Shown here piece after piece: positions 1-12,410 of a stretch of DNA of 64,000 nucleotides (its first letter is position 1; each line of letters begins with the position of its first letter). The stretch is taken from positions 1,632,001-1,696,000 of the forward strand of contig CAWDML010000009.1 of the NCBI GenBank assembly GCA_963803435.1, written 5' to 3'. Position numbers and translations under genes: made by a program. The stretch comes from an uncultured delta proteobacterium. GTDB taxonomy: Bacteria > Myxococcota > Kuafuiibacteriia > Kuafuiibacteriales > Kuafuiibacteriaceae. A model generated the notes under the pieces. That model saw nothing but the letters and a program-made list of their open reading frames with translations. It had not been told where the DNA came from and did no database searches.

Positions 1-2186
<2,186 letters not shown>

Positions 2187-2190
2187 GGCG

Positions 2191-3924
2191 CTACTCTCCT
2201 TCGAGGATGCGGATGAGGGACTGGAGGCTGGGCGGCTTCACCAGGTGCGCGTCGAACCCGGCCGAGAGCGCGCGTTTCTTGTCGCTCTCCTGACCGAAGC
2301 CGGTCAGCGCGATGAGGCGCGGTCGAACCTTGGTGAGCCGCGTGCGGACCCGCTCGACGACACCGTATCCGTCGAGACCAGGAAGCCCGATGTCGATGAT
2401 CGCGACCTGCGGGCGAACGCGTAGCACCAGATCGACCCCGCTCGGCCCGTCCGCCGCGTTGTGGACGTGGTGACCGAGCAATCGGATGAGCTCCGAGAGC
2501 GCGTCGCGTGCGTCGCCGTTGTCCTCGACGATGACGACCTCGAGCCAATCGGTCGTCCGCTCCCGCAGAGGCTCAGGGAGAGCGTCGGGGGCCTCGGCCG
2601 AGACATCGTGGAGCGGGAGCGTGACGATGAACGTGCTCCCCTGACCCTCGCCCGGGCTCTCCGCAAGGACCGTGCCGCGATGGAGATCGACGAGCTGCTT
2701 CACCAGCGTCAGGCCCAGGCCCAGGCCGTCGTTGCCGGGCGTGTGCTGCACGAACATCTCGAAGACCCGATCGAGGAGCTCGGGCGGCATCCCTCGGCCG
2801 TTGTCGCTCACACGGATGGTGGCATCGCTTCCGTCCACGGCGCAGGTCACGGTAATGCGTCCCCCCGAGTCGGTGTAGCGCGCGGCGTTGTGGAGCAGGT
2901 TGCTGACGACCTGGGTCAGCCGGGCAGCGTCGCCGAGCACGCCCACCGGCGTGTCGGAGAGCGCGAGCTCCAGGTTCTGCTCGCGTTCCCGCAGCATCGT
3001 GCGGCAGGTATCGGCGACCCCGCGAACGATCTCGACCAGATCGAGGGGCTCGACGCGCAGCTCGATCTTCCCCGAGGTGATGCGGGAGACGTCGAGCAGG
3101 TCGTCGACCAGCCGCGCCATCTGGCGGACCTGGCGATCCATCATGTCGCGGATCCGAATGACCTTCGGATCGGTGAGTTGGTGCCTCTTCAGCACCTCGA
3201 GCCCGGTCACCAGCGGCGTCATCGGGTTGCGGAGCTCGTGGCCCAGCATCGCCAGGAACTCGTCCTTGCGCCGGTCCGCGTCCGCAAGCCGGCGATTGAT
3301 GCGCTTGAGCTCGCGCTCGACGACCGCCTTCTCCGCCAGCGCTTCGGCCAGCTCCTCGGCCTTGCGCGTCAGGACCTCGGCGTTGGCGCGCTCCTCCTCC
3401 ATGCGTCGCCGGAGGGCCTCGGCCTCCCAGCGCCGCCGTTCCTCCATGATCCGCTGCTCGTGATCCCGACGCTCGTGCTCGCGGAGCAGCTCGGCCTGTC
3501 GCGAGACCTCTTCGCTGCGCCGCTGGAGCGCGACGAAGACCGACGCCTTGGCGCGCAGGATCTCCGGCACGATCGGCTTGAACAGGAAGTCGACCGCGCC
3601 GAGCTCGTAGGCCGCCAGGATCTCGCGGTCGTCCCGATCGAACGCCGTGATGAAGATGATCGGCGTGCCGTGGGATCGCTCGCGGCTCCGGATCATCCGC
3701 GCGGTTTCGAACCCATCCATGGTGGGCATCTGCACGTCGAGGATGATGAGCGCGAAGTCCTTGGCGAGCAGGTGGCGGAGCGCATCCCGGCCGGACTGCG
3801 CCTTGATCAGGTGGGTCGCCAGGCCGCCGAGCGCGACCTCGATCGCGATCAGGTTCTGGGGGTTGTCGTCGACGACGAGGATGTCGTCCGGTGCGCAGTC
3901 GAGATCGTTGTTTTCGATGCTCAC
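2191..3924 (-). CDS. Hybrid sensor histidine kinase/response regulator (REC-coiled coil-HisKA-HATPase-REC)
   Basis: [43 protein letters not shown] and C-terminal IIDIGLP. Probable GTG start at 3924 (VSIENND); the upstream part of the track ORF is shadow of the next gene. Confidence 0.9.
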   Translation of the reverse strand: MSIENNDLDCAPDDILVVDDNPQNLIAIEVALGGLATHLIKAQSGRDALRHLLAKDFALIILDVQMPTMDGFETARMIRSRERSHGTPIIFITAFDRDDREILAAYELGAVDFLFKPIVPEILRAKASVFVALQRRSEEVSRQAELLREHERRDHEQRIMEERRRWEAEALRRRMEEERANAEVLTRKAEELAEALAEKAVVERELKRINRRLADADRRKDEFLAMLGHELRNPMTPLVTGLEVLKRHQLTDPKVIRIRDMMDRQVRQMARLVDDLLDVSRITSGKIELRVEPLDLVEIVRGVADTCRTMLREREQNLELALSDTPVGVLGDAARLTQVVSNLLHNAARYTDSGGRITVTCAVDGSDATIRVSDNGRGMPPELLDRVFEMFVQHTPGNDGLGLGLTLVKQLVDLHRGTVLAESPGEGQGSTFIVTLPLHDVSAEAPDALPEPLRERTTDWLEVVIVEDNGDARDALSELIRLLGHHVHNAADGPSGVDLVLRVRPQVAIIDIGLPGLDGYGVVERVRTRLTKVRPRLIALTGFGQESDKKRALSAGFDAHLVKPPSLQSLIRILEGE

Positions 3925-4024
3925 CCCACGACCCGGAGCAGTCGACCACAGGCAAGAAGCGGTCCCAAAAGACGTCCAACGATTCACCGCGGCAAGGCGT
4001 GGCGGGACGCTACGGGCGAGGCAT

Positions 4025-6034
4025 TCAGCGACGGCGCCGGCGTCGTCCCAGCGCCAAGCCTGCGAGCAGCAGCGCGAAGAGCGCAGAGGCGCCCGGGCGG
4101 GACGACGCAGGTGTGGCGCTGCATCCGCAGCCTCGATCCCGGTCGGTCCCGAAGAAGCCCGCGTCCTTGCCCGAGTCGCCGGCGGTCGCGTCGGCCCCCC
4201 CGCCGCTGTCCGGCGTACCGGTATCGACGCCGCTGTCGGCGGTGGCCGCGTCCATCCCGCTCGCGTCCAGCTGGCCCTGATCGTCCACACCGGCGTCGTT
4301 GCCGCCGGCGTCGTTGCCGCCGCCGTCGGGGACGCCGCCGTCGACGGGCGGGCCGCCTCCGATGACGTCGGCGAGGCCGCGCGGCTGGAGCTGATAGCCG
4401 CCGATCCCGGTCGGGGCGAACTGCGTGAAGATGCCCTCGAGATCGAAGGTGCCGGTCGGCGTGGGCGTGTCGGCCAGGTCGATGACGGTGGCGACGCGGA
4501 CCGCGAGGGTGCCCGTACCGTCGTCGACGTAGAGCGTGGTGTTGCCGGCCCAGGTCGGCGGCACCGGATCACCGGTGGTCGGGTTCGGCACCAGCGTGAC
4601 GCCCGCCAGGTGGACCAGCTGCGACTCGTTGGCCTCGCCCTCGGCCAGCAGGCCGGCAATGTCGGTGGTCAGCAGCGGGACCGTCGCCGTCCCGATGACC
4701 GTCACCTGGACCTCGGTCCCCAGGGCCACCGGCTGTCCCACGCGCTCGTCTCGCCCAATCTGCCGCACGCCGCGGTAGGCGGCGATCTTCCCGGTCACGC
4801 GGACCATGTCGCCCGGCTGGACGTCGGCCGCGATGAGCGCGTCGTCGAACACGCGGATCGCATCGACACCGGTAGGCGCGGCGATGAAGAAGTTCGTGCT
4901 GCCGGCGAGGAACGACTCGCGGGTCGTCAGGGCCACGCCCTCCACCCGGACCGTGTGGCCGTCGTAGCGTGGCAGCTCGGCCGCGTTCTCCTGGCGCACG
5001 TCGGCGAGCGGGAAGACAGTGTTGGGCGGGAGCACGTTCTCCCAGTAGTACGCGGTGTTGTTGGCCGAAGTGACCGCGCCGGCCGGAAGGTCCGCCTCGG
5101 TGGCCAGGTTGTCGAGGGCGAACACGAAGTACCGGACGTACCGCTCCGCGAAGCCGGTGGGCTGCGGGAAGGCGACCAGCGTGTTGATGACGCCGCCGGC
5201 CCGCCAGTTGTTGCCGCCGGTGTTGACGGCGGTGGCGGCGACGTAGGCGCCGGCCGCGTCGCCGACGGTGGCGGTGGCCGTGGCGAGGTAGACCTCGACG
5301 CCGGCCACACCGTCGGCGTCGCTGACCGTGGCGGATAAGGTGAACGTATCGCCGTACGTCAGGTTCGCGGGGGCCCGGGTCGGGTTCGCGATCAGGGGCG
5401 GCGTCGGCGTGGGACCGACGAAGCCGGTGCCGGGCGTGGGGGTGGCGCAGATGGCGAAGTCGAGCGCGCTGTCCCCAGCGTTGTTGATGCGGCAGAGGGA
5501 CTCGGGCGCGGTGGTGTCGGGCGCGGGCGTGCCCGCGATCTCGACGCGATCGACGGAGCCCCACTCGACCGCGTCGACCTGCGTGCCGAGGTCGTCCATG
5601 AGCTCGACCGCGTCACCGCTGTTGCCGAGGGCCCACTGGCTGCCGGTGCCGTCGTTCGTCAGGTTCGGAACCGCGAGGTCGTCACCGCCAATCGCCAGCT
5701 CGTAGTCCGCCGCGGCCACCGGAAAGCTGTTGGTGCTCGCCAGCGCGGCGAACTGCGTCGCGTTCATCGTCACGATGACGACCTGGTTCGGGCCCAGCAG
5801 GGTGCCCGGGTCGAAGACGTAGACGCGCGGCGTCGCACCGCCGGCGAAGTCGTGCAGCTGCCAGCCGCCGACGTCGACCGCGGCGGTGCCGGTGTTGTGG
5901 AGCTCGACCCACTCGTCCTGCTCCGCGCCGATCGTGGTGGTGTCGGGCTGGACCTCGGTGATCAGCACTTGAGCGCCGGCCGAACCGGCCGAAAGAGAAA
6001 GAACGAGGAGGACACCCGCGGGCAGCAGCTTCAT
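4025..6034 (-). CDS. Secreted lamin-tail-domain/OB-fold protein with MYXO-CTERM sorting signal
   Basis: Signal peptide, LTD motif (VLITEV...EWVELHNTG...GWQL), OB-fold-like segments (TVRVEGV...GDMVRVTG), D/G-rich linker, then GCGCSA + TM + RRRRRR. Confidence 0.8.
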   Translation of the reverse strand: MKLLPAGVLLVLSLSAGSAGAQVLITEVQPDTTTIGAEQDEWVELHNTGTAAVDVGGWQLHDFAGGATPRVYVFDPGTLLGPNQVVIVTMNATQFAALASTNSFPVAAADYELAIGGDDLAVPNLTNDGTGSQWALGNSGDAVELMDDLGTQVDAVEWGSVDRVEIAGTPAPDTTAPESLCRINNAGDSALDFAICATPTPGTGFVGPTPTPPLIANPTRAPANLTYGDTFTLSATVSDADGVAGVEVYLATATATVGDAAGAYVAATAVNTGGNNWRAGGVINTLVAFPQPTGFAERYVRYFVFALDNLATEADLPAGAVTSANNTAYYWENVLPPNTVFPLADVRQENAAELPRYDGHTVRVEGVALTTRESFLAGSTNFFIAAPTGVDAIRVFDDALIAADVQPGDMVRVTGKIAAYRGVRQIGRDERVGQPVALGTEVQVTVIGTATVPLLTTDIAGLLAEGEANESQLVHLAGVTLVPNPTTGDPVPPTWAGNTTLYVDDGTGTLAVRVATVIDLADTPTPTGTFDLEGIFTQFAPTGIGGYQLQPRGLADVIGGGPPVDGGVPDGGGNDAGGNDAGVDDQGQLDASGMDAATADSGVDTGTPDSGGGADATAGDSGKDAGFFGTDRDRGCGCSATPASSRPGASALFALLLAGLALGRRRRRR

Positions 6035-6292
6035 GTCCGGCCCCGGTTAACCGACACGCCGCGACATGTCGACGATCCCCGTCGCACGTTTGTCGGCTGG
6101 TACGCACAGAACCCACAAGGCCAAACCCATGTATGTCCGATGAAAATCGACAATTTTCGGACAAATCCGTCGCACCGAATCAACCTGACGACACCAAGAA
6201 GACGTAGAGATCAGAAGAGTGGCGGAAGAAGAAGCCCGTAGGCGCTGTTAGCCCGAAAAGGACAGACAGCGGCGACGAGCGCAGGAGGATCG

Positions 6293-6664
6293 ATGACGAA
6301 GTTCGGAGAAATGATTCCCCAGTCGACACTGGATCGTTTGGAGCGTCGAGTGTCTCGGCTCTCGATCTTGCTGGAGCTCGCCACCCAGAACTCGGCGGAG
6401 AAGTCGATCCGCGAATCGGGTGCACAGCTGATCGAGCGGCTGTCCGAGTGGCTCGAAGACATCAAGGACCTGGTCGAGGTCGGCGACGAAGACGCGCACG
6501 ATCTGGTGAAGAGCTTCACGATGCGACTCCGCCTCGCCGAGACGAAGGTGAAGGGTTGGAGCATCCCCGAGGCGGTCGTACGCCGGGCCTTCGACGAGGA
6601 CGGCGGAGCGCCTCAGCGTCGCCGCGGTCGCCCGCCGAAGAAGCGGATTCCCTCCGCCGCCTGA
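6293..6664 (+). CDS. Small helical hypothetical protein with C-terminal AT-hook
   Basis: AGGAGG RBS upstream; RRRGRPPKK motif near the C-terminus. Confidence 0.7.
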   Translation: MTKFGEMIPQSTLDRLERRVSRLSILLELATQNSAEKSIRESGAQLIERLSEWLEDIKDLVEVGDEDAHDLVKSFTMRLRLAETKVKGWSIPEAVVRRAFDEDGGAPQRRRGRPPKKRIPSAA

Positions 6665-6712
6665 AGATCGGACTTTCCGCTTCGTCTGTTCCTGCGCTAG
6701 AGACTCGTCGAG

Positions 6713-8971
6713 ATGAGTCTCGAGATCGTTGAACGCGTCTACTCACGGATGGCCCAAAAGCACGAGGCGGCCCGCCAGCATCTGGGCCGCCCGCTGACGC
6801 TGGCCGAGAAGATCCTCACCGCTCACCTCGACGATCCGAAGGCCCAGCCTCTGGTCCGGAAGAAGAGCTACGTCGACCTCCGTCCGGATCGGATCGCCAT
6901 GCAGGACGCCACCGCCCAGATGGCGCTCCTGCAGTTCATGCACGCCGGCCAGGAGACGGCCCAGGTCCCGACCACCGTGCACTGCGACCACCTGATCCAG
7001 GCCCACGTGGGCGCGCAGAAGGATCTGCTGAGGGCCGTCGACGACAACGAGGAGATCTACGAGTTCCTGCGGACGGTCTCCGCCAAGTACGGCATCGGCT
7101 TCTGGAAGCCGGGCGCAGGCATCATCCACCAGGTGGTGCTGGAGAACTACGCGTTCCCCGGCGGGATGATGATCGGGACCGACAGCCACACGCCGAACGC
7201 CGGCGGCCTCGGGATGATCGCGGTGGGCGTCGGGGGCGCCGACGCCGTCGACGTCATGGTCGGCGATCCCTGGAACGTGCGCTGGCCGGGCGTGATCGGC
7301 GTGGAGCTCACCGGACAGCTCTCGGGCTGGACGAGCGCCAAGGACGTCATCCTCAAGGTCTGTCAGATCCTCACCGTGAAGGGCGGGACCGGGCACATCG
7401 TCGAGTTCTTCGGCGAGGGCGCCGACACGATCTCGTGCACGGGCAAGGGGACGATCTGCAACATGGGCGCAGAGCACGGCGCCACCACCAGCGTCTTCCC
7501 CTTCGACGAAGCGATGGCGCGCTATCTCCGCGCCACGCGCCGGGCCGACGTCGCCGAGCTGGCCGAGAAGCACCGGGCGGAGCTCCGCGCGGACCCCGAA
7601 GTGCTCGCCAAGCCGGACGAGTTCTACGATCGGGTCATCCGGATCAACCTCTCCGAGCTGGAACCGCACCTGGCGGGGCCCCACTCGCCCGATCTGGCGC
7701 GGCCGATCAGCGCGATGAAGAACGCTGTGGCCGATGAGGGCTACCCGGACAAGCTGAAGTACACGCTGATCGGCTCGTGCACGAACTCGTCGTACGAGGA
7801 CATCGCGCGGGCCGCCTCGATCGTCCGGCAGATGAACGACGCCGGGATCAAGATCAAGTCGCCGCTGATGGTCACGCCCGGCTCCGATCAGATCATGCAG
7901 ACGATCCAGCGCGACGGGCTGATGGAGGTCTTCGAGCAGGCGGGCGCGGTCGTGCTCGCCAACGCGTGCGGGCCCTGCATCGGCCAGTGGAAGCGCGACG
8001 ACATCCAGGAGGGCGAGGCCAACTCGATCGTCAACTCGTACAACCGCAACTTCCGCGGCCGCAACGACGGCAACGCCGAGACGCTCTCGTTCATCGCGTC
8101 CCCCGAGATCACCGTCGCGATGGCCTACGGCGGCAAGCTCTCGTTCAACCCGCTGGTCGACGAGGTCAGCACCAGCGGCACCAAGGCAAAGCTGCCCGTC
8201 CCGCGGGGCGAGGAGCTCCCGCCGAAGGGCTACGAGTTCCCGATGGAAGGGTTCATCGATCCGCCCTCGGATCGGTCCGGCGTCGAGGTGAAGGTGCTCC
8301 CCACCAGCGAGCGCATCCAGCTGCTCGAGCGCTTCGAACCCTGGGATGGGAAGGACTTCGAGGACCTGGCGGTGCTGCTGAAGGCCAAGGGCAAGTGCAC
8401 GACCGACCACATCTCGGCTGCCGGCGCCTGGCTCCGCTTCCGCGGGCACCTCGACAACATCAGCAACAACCTGTTCCTGGGCGCGGACAACGCGTTCACG
8501 AACGAGCGTGGCACCGCCATCGACATCACCAACGGTGTCAAGGACAAGATCCCGGCGGTGGCGCGGGCCTACAAGGCGAAGGGCATCTTCTGGATCGCGA
8601 TCGGGGACGAGAACTACGGCGAGGGGTCGAGCCGCGAGCACGCGGCCATGGAGCCGCGGCACCTCGGCGCGCGCGCGATCATCGCGAAGAGCTTCGCGCG
8701 GATCCACGAGACCAACCTCAAGAAGCAGGGCCTGCTGCCGCTGACGTTCGCCACCGTGGCGGACTACGACCGCTTCCAGGCCGGCGATCGCGTGTCGATC
8801 CGCGGCCTGGCCGCCCTCGCGCCCGGCAAGCCGGTGAAGGTCGAGATCCAGCACGCCGGCGGAAAAAGGGAGACGATCGAGACCAACCACACCATGAGCG
8901 AGCAGCAGATCGCGTACTTCCGCGCCGGCTCCGCCCTCAACTACATCGCCGAGCAGCACGCCGCCTCGTGA
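6713..8971 (+). CDS. acnA: Aconitate hydratase (mitochondrial-type AcnA family)
   Basis: [62 protein letters not shown]. Confidence 0.95.
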   Translation: MSLEIVERVYSRMAQKHEAARQHLGRPLTLAEKILTAHLDDPKAQPLVRKKSYVDLRPDRIAMQDATAQMALLQFMHAGQETAQVPTTVHCDHLIQAHVGAQKDLLRAVDDNEEIYEFLRTVSAKYGIGFWKPGAGIIHQVVLENYAFPGGMMIGTDSHTPNAGGLGMIAVGVGGADAVDVMVGDPWNVRWPGVIGVELTGQLSGWTSAKDVILKVCQILTVKGGTGHIVEFFGEGADTISCTGKGTICNMGAEHGATTSVFPFDEAMARYLRATRRADVAELAEKHRAELRADPEVLAKPDEFYDRVIRINLSELEPHLAGPHSPDLARPISAMKNAVADEGYPDKLKYTLIGSCTNSSYEDIARAASIVRQMNDAGIKIKSPLMVTPGSDQIMQTIQRDGLMEVFEQAGAVVLANACGPCIGQWKRDDIQEGEANSIVNSYNRNFRGRNDGNAETLSFIASPEITVAMAYGGKLSFNPLVDEVSTSGTKAKLPVPRGEELPPKGYEFPMEGFIDPPSDRSGVEVKVLPTSERIQLLERFEPWDGKDFEDLAVLLKAKGKCTTDHISAAGAWLRFRGHLDNISNNLFLGADNAFTNERGTAIDITNGVKDKIPAVARAYKAKGIFWIAIGDENYGEGSSREHAAMEPRHLGARAIIAKSFARIHETNLKKQGLLPLTFATVADYDRFQAGDRVSIRGLAALAPGKPVKVEIQHAGGKRETIETNHTMSEQQIAYFRAGSALNYIAEQHAAS

Positions 8972-9921
8972 GGGCGTTCGTCACCGGCGGGAGCGGGTTC
9001 GTCGGGCGAAACCTGATCCCGTTTCTCACCCAGCGCGGCTTCTCCGTGGCGGCCCTCGCTCGCTCCCCCACCAGCGCGAAGGCGGTCGCCGAGTCCGGCG
9101 CCGAGCCGATCGAGGGCGAGCTCCTCGACGAGGCCGCGCTCGCCCGCGGCATGAAAGGCGCCGACTTCGTGTTCCACGCGGCCGCCTACGTGAAGGACTG
9201 GGGACCGCTCGAGGAGATGCACGCGATCAACGTGACGGGCACCGAGCGCGCCCTGGGCGCCGCCAAGCAGGCTGGCGTCCGGCGCTTCGTGCACGTCGGT
9301 ACCGAAGCGGCGCTGGTCGGAGGCGGCCCCATCGTCCGCGCGGACGAGTCGCGCCCGCTCCCCGAACATTCGATCGGCCGCTATCCGCTGACCAAGAAGC
9401 TCGCGGAGCAGGCCGTGCTCTCGTCGGGCGCCGACGCCGTCGTCATCCGACCCCGCTTCATCTGGGGCAAAGGCGACACCTCGGTCCTCGCGGAGCTCCA
9501 GCACGCCGTCGAGACGAAGCGCTTCTCCTGGGTCGACGGCGGCCGCTACCCCACCTCCACCTGCCACGTGAAGAACGTCTGCCACGGCGCGCTGCTCGCG
9601 GCCGAGCGCGGGCGCGCCGGCGGCGTCTACTTCCTCACCGACGGCGATCCGGTCGAGCTCCGCGGCTTCGTCACCTCGCTCCTCACCGCCGTCCGTTGCG
9701 ATCCGGGATCGAAGAGCGTCCCCTGGTGGGTGGCGGCGCCGGCAGCCTCCGCCGTCGAAGCGCTCTACAGCGCCTTCGGCCGCCGCCCGCCCCTCACCCG
9801 CTCCGCGATCGAGCTGTTCGGTCGCGAGGTCACCGTCGTCGACCGCCGCGCCCGCGAGGAGCTGGGTTACGCGCCGATCATCACGGTCGCGGAGGGGCTG
9901 GCGGAGATGACCGCCCCGTAG
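8968..9921 (+). CDS. NAD-dependent epimerase/dehydratase (3-beta-HSD-like extended SDR)
   Basis: GTG overlaps the aconitase stop; [20 protein letters not shown] (YxxxK). Confidence 0.9.
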   Translation: MRAFVTGGSGFVGRNLIPFLTQRGFSVAALARSPTSAKAVAESGAEPIEGELLDEAALARGMKGADFVFHAAAYVKDWGPLEEMHAINVTGTERALGAAKQAGVRRFVHVGTEAALVGGGPIVRADESRPLPEHSIGRYPLTKKLAEQAVLSSGADAVVIRPRFIWGKGDTSVLAELQHAVETKRFSWVDGGRYPTSTCHVKNVCHGALLAAERGRAGGVYFLTDGDPVELRGFVTSLLTAVRCDPGSKSVPWWVAAPAASAVEALYSAFGRRPPLTRSAIELFGREVTVVDRRAREELGYAPIITVAEGLAEMTAP

Positions 9922-9952
9922 GGACGGTTGACCACCCGGATGATCCGGTCCC

Positions 9953-10807
9953 CTACCGGAAGTTGTTCGCGCCGCCGTCCACCACGCCGGGCGCCTCCAG
10001 CACCACGCGCGGCATGTCGCACTCATACAGGCTGACCGAGCCCGGATGCTCCCGATCGACGACGAGCGGCATGCCGAGGGGGGCGTCCTCGAGCCGGACG
10101 CGGACGAGCTCGACCGACGGTTTGCCGTCGCCGGCACCGGCGACGTAGATCGCCTGGCCGCCGGCCGAGACGGTGGCGCGGCTCTTGGCGATGGTGATGC
10201 CCTCGAGGTGGGCGCGGACCGGGCCGAGGAACGCGATCGCGCCCCCGTAGCGGGCGCGGGAGTCGTGGATCTGGGCGTCCTTCACCCGGACCACCGCGTC
10301 GCCGACGGCGCAGATGGCGCCGCCGCGGTCACCGTGGACGTCGTGGGCGCGCAGCAGGGTCGCCTCGAGCGCGCCCGTCGAGAGGTGGATCGCGCCGCCG
10401 CCCTCGGCGGCCCGGCACTCGCGGATGTGGACGTTGTGGAGCCGGAGCGTCCCCGAGCGGAGAAAGACGGCGCCGCCCTCGTCGGCCTCGCCGCCCTCGA
10501 TGAGCACCGACTCGATGGTCAGCGTCTCGCCCGCGGGGAGCTCGGCGGAGATCGCGCTGCCGTGCCCTTCGACGGAGATCCGGGTGAGGTCGCCCGCGCC
10601 GCGCAGCGTCATGGCGCGGCGGAAGACGAGCCGGTCCGGATAGCGACCCGGGGAGAGCTCGATGACGGCCCCGGTCTCGCAGCTGGCGATCACTTCCGTG
10701 AGCGATCGACCCGAATCGTCGGGATATCGGATCGGCTGTTCTGGCGCGCCGGTCAAACGGTTCAAAACCGTGGCACGAGTCGCCATCCCGTTCCACCCGT
10801 CGCTCAT
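9953..10807 (-). CDS. Right-handed beta-helix (GGAI repeat) protein
   Basis: IELSPGRY followed by repeated GGAV/GGAI/GGQAI motifs; no signal peptide seen. Confidence 0.7.
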   Translation of the reverse strand: MSDGWNGMATRATVLNRLTGAPEQPIRYPDDSGRSLTEVIASCETGAVIELSPGRYPDRLVFRRAMTLRGAGDLTRISVEGHGSAISAELPAGETLTIESVLIEGGEADEGGAVFLRSGTLRLHNVHIRECRAAEGGGAIHLSTGALEATLLRAHDVHGDRGGAICAVGDAVVRVKDAQIHDSRARYGGAIAFLGPVRAHLEGITIAKSRATVSAGGQAIYVAGAGDGKPSVELVRVRLEDAPLGMPLVVDREHPGSVSLYECDMPRVVLEAPGVVDGGANNFR

Positions 10808-11358
10808 CGTCGCGCGCCTCCTGATGATTTTGGAGCGCTCTTACTTTTGGGCACCCGCACTTCAATCGCGCGCATCTGGGTGTCTCCGTATCGTTGTTCC
10901 ACGAGCCCGACGCCCTCGGCATATCGGCTCAGGTTCTTCGAGCCGTCGTCGCCCGCGACCTCCACCGTGACGCAGCGAGCGAAGTCCAGCGCGCCCACCT
11001 TGCAGGGTCCGACCTCCGCAATCCGGTAGCGGGCCCGGTTGAACTGCCAGTGGGTGCCCTGGGCGATCGGCCCGACCAACAGCGGCGGCCGGAGCGCCAC
11101 CGGCGCCGACGCCATCCCGGCGGCCAGCACCCGATCCGCCAGGATCTCGCGGAGGTAGGCGTCGGTCTCCCGGGTCCCGTCGGGCCGGACCGTGACCCGG
11201 TCCACCCGGCACAGGTGCGGGCCGTGCCGGTCCGGCCCCCGCACGGTGTCGATCACGCGCGTGTCGTTCACCCGGTACTCGATCGCGAGCCCCTGGCGGC
11301 ACGGCAGGAAGTCGCTCGGGACCGCGGCGACGAGCAAGAAAAGCCACGGTCCCATCAT
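10804..11358 (-). CDS. Putative exported hypothetical protein
   Basis: MMGPWLFLLVAA N-terminus; ends with YAEGVGLV motif; overlaps both neighbours by 4 bp. Confidence 0.6.
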   Translation of the reverse strand: MMGPWLFLLVAAVPSDFLPCRQGLAIEYRVNDTRVIDTVRGPDRHGPHLCRVDRVTVRPDGTRETDAYLREILADRVLAAGMASAPVALRPPLLVGPIAQGTHWQFNRARYRIAEVGPCKVGALDFARCVTVEVAGDDGSKNLSRYAEGVGLVEQRYGDTQMRAIEVRVPKSKSAPKSSGGARR

Positions 11359-12410
11359 CGCCTCTTGAGCGGGGCCACCTTGGAGCGCGCCCCGCCCGGC
11401 GCCCAGCACTCGATCCGGTTCCGCTCGACCACGAGCGCGCAGCCCGCCTCACCCGGATCACCGATCCCCACGTCGCTCATGATCAACCGGCCGCGCTGCC
11501 GCACCAGCGGGACGCCGATGCGGCCGTTCTCGACCGAGTCCGTACGCGTGTGACCGACCACCATCTGCGAGCAGCCCACGATCGAGAGCGCCTCCTCGAG
11601 ATCTTCGCGGACCAGCCGGGCGTTGGCGACGCAGTACGCCCGGTGCCACAGCGGTCCCAACGGATCTCGAAACACGCCGTTCGGATCCAGCTGCTGGTAG
11701 AACTTCGGCGACTTGGACCAGGTGAGGCGCACCTCCTCGTCGAGCCCGCCGATCCCGCGGTCGGCCCAGCGCGGGCTGAGCCCACCGTGCACGAAGAGCA
11801 GACGCCCCACGCGAAACGCGATCGGGAGCTTGCGGAGATACGACCCGTAGAACCCGCGCTCGCCCATCTCGAACCGGTACGCGCTCCGCCCGGGTGCGTG
11901 CGTCTCCTCCCACGCCCTCAGCTTGCCGCCGAGCGGCTCGACGTAGCTCGGGGTGTCCGGCGCGCCCAGGAGCTCGTAGATGAACTTGGTGCGATCGACG
12001 AAGAAGCGGTCGACCTCCTCCTGCGTCGCGAACTCCATGTACTCGTCGGCCGTGACATACGCCTCGTGACCCAGCGCCGACATCACCTCGTGGTTGCCGA
12101 GGAGCCAGACGACGTCCCCGCCGGCGTCGCGGGCCTGCGGCCGCAGACCAATCAGGAGGTCCATGGCGGCGCGCGAGTTCGCGCCTCGGTTCGGGATGTC
12201 TCCCATCTGCACCAGGAGCGTGCGTCCCCCGCACCAGATCCCGTCCTTCTTCATCAGCTTCAGCCCCATCAGCAGTCGGCGAAGAACGATGTACTGCCCG
12301 TTCAGATCCCCGATCACGACCACCCGTGCCGGGAGCTCCCGCTCGAGCTCATAATCGGACCAGTCGACCTCCCGGGGCACGGGAGGTCTGATATCCGGAT
12401 CGAGCAGCAT
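11355..12410 (-). CDS. Calcineurin-like metallophosphoesterase (Shewanella-like phosphatase family), variant active site
   Basis: GDLNG, GDIPNRG, GNHE, FVHGG, VVGHT, SDVG motifs; ATG overlaps the icmF stop. Confidence 0.85.
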   Translation of the reverse strand: MLLDPDIRPPVPREVDWSDYELERELPARVVVIGDLNGQYIVLRRLLMGLKLMKKDGIWCGGRTLLVQMGDIPNRGANSRAAMDLLIGLRPQARDAGGDVVWLLGNHEVMSALGHEAYVTADEYMEFATQEEVDRFFVDRTKFIYELLGAPDTPSYVEPLGGKLRAWEETHAPGRSAYRFEMGERGFYGSYLRKLPIAFRVGRLLFVHGGLSPRWADRGIGGLDEEVRLTWSKSPKFYQQLDPNGVFRDPLGPLWHRAYCVANARLVREDLEEALSIVGCSQMVVGHTRTDSVENGRIGVPLVRQRGRLIMSDVGIGDPGEAGCALVVERNRIECWAPGGARSKVAPLKRR

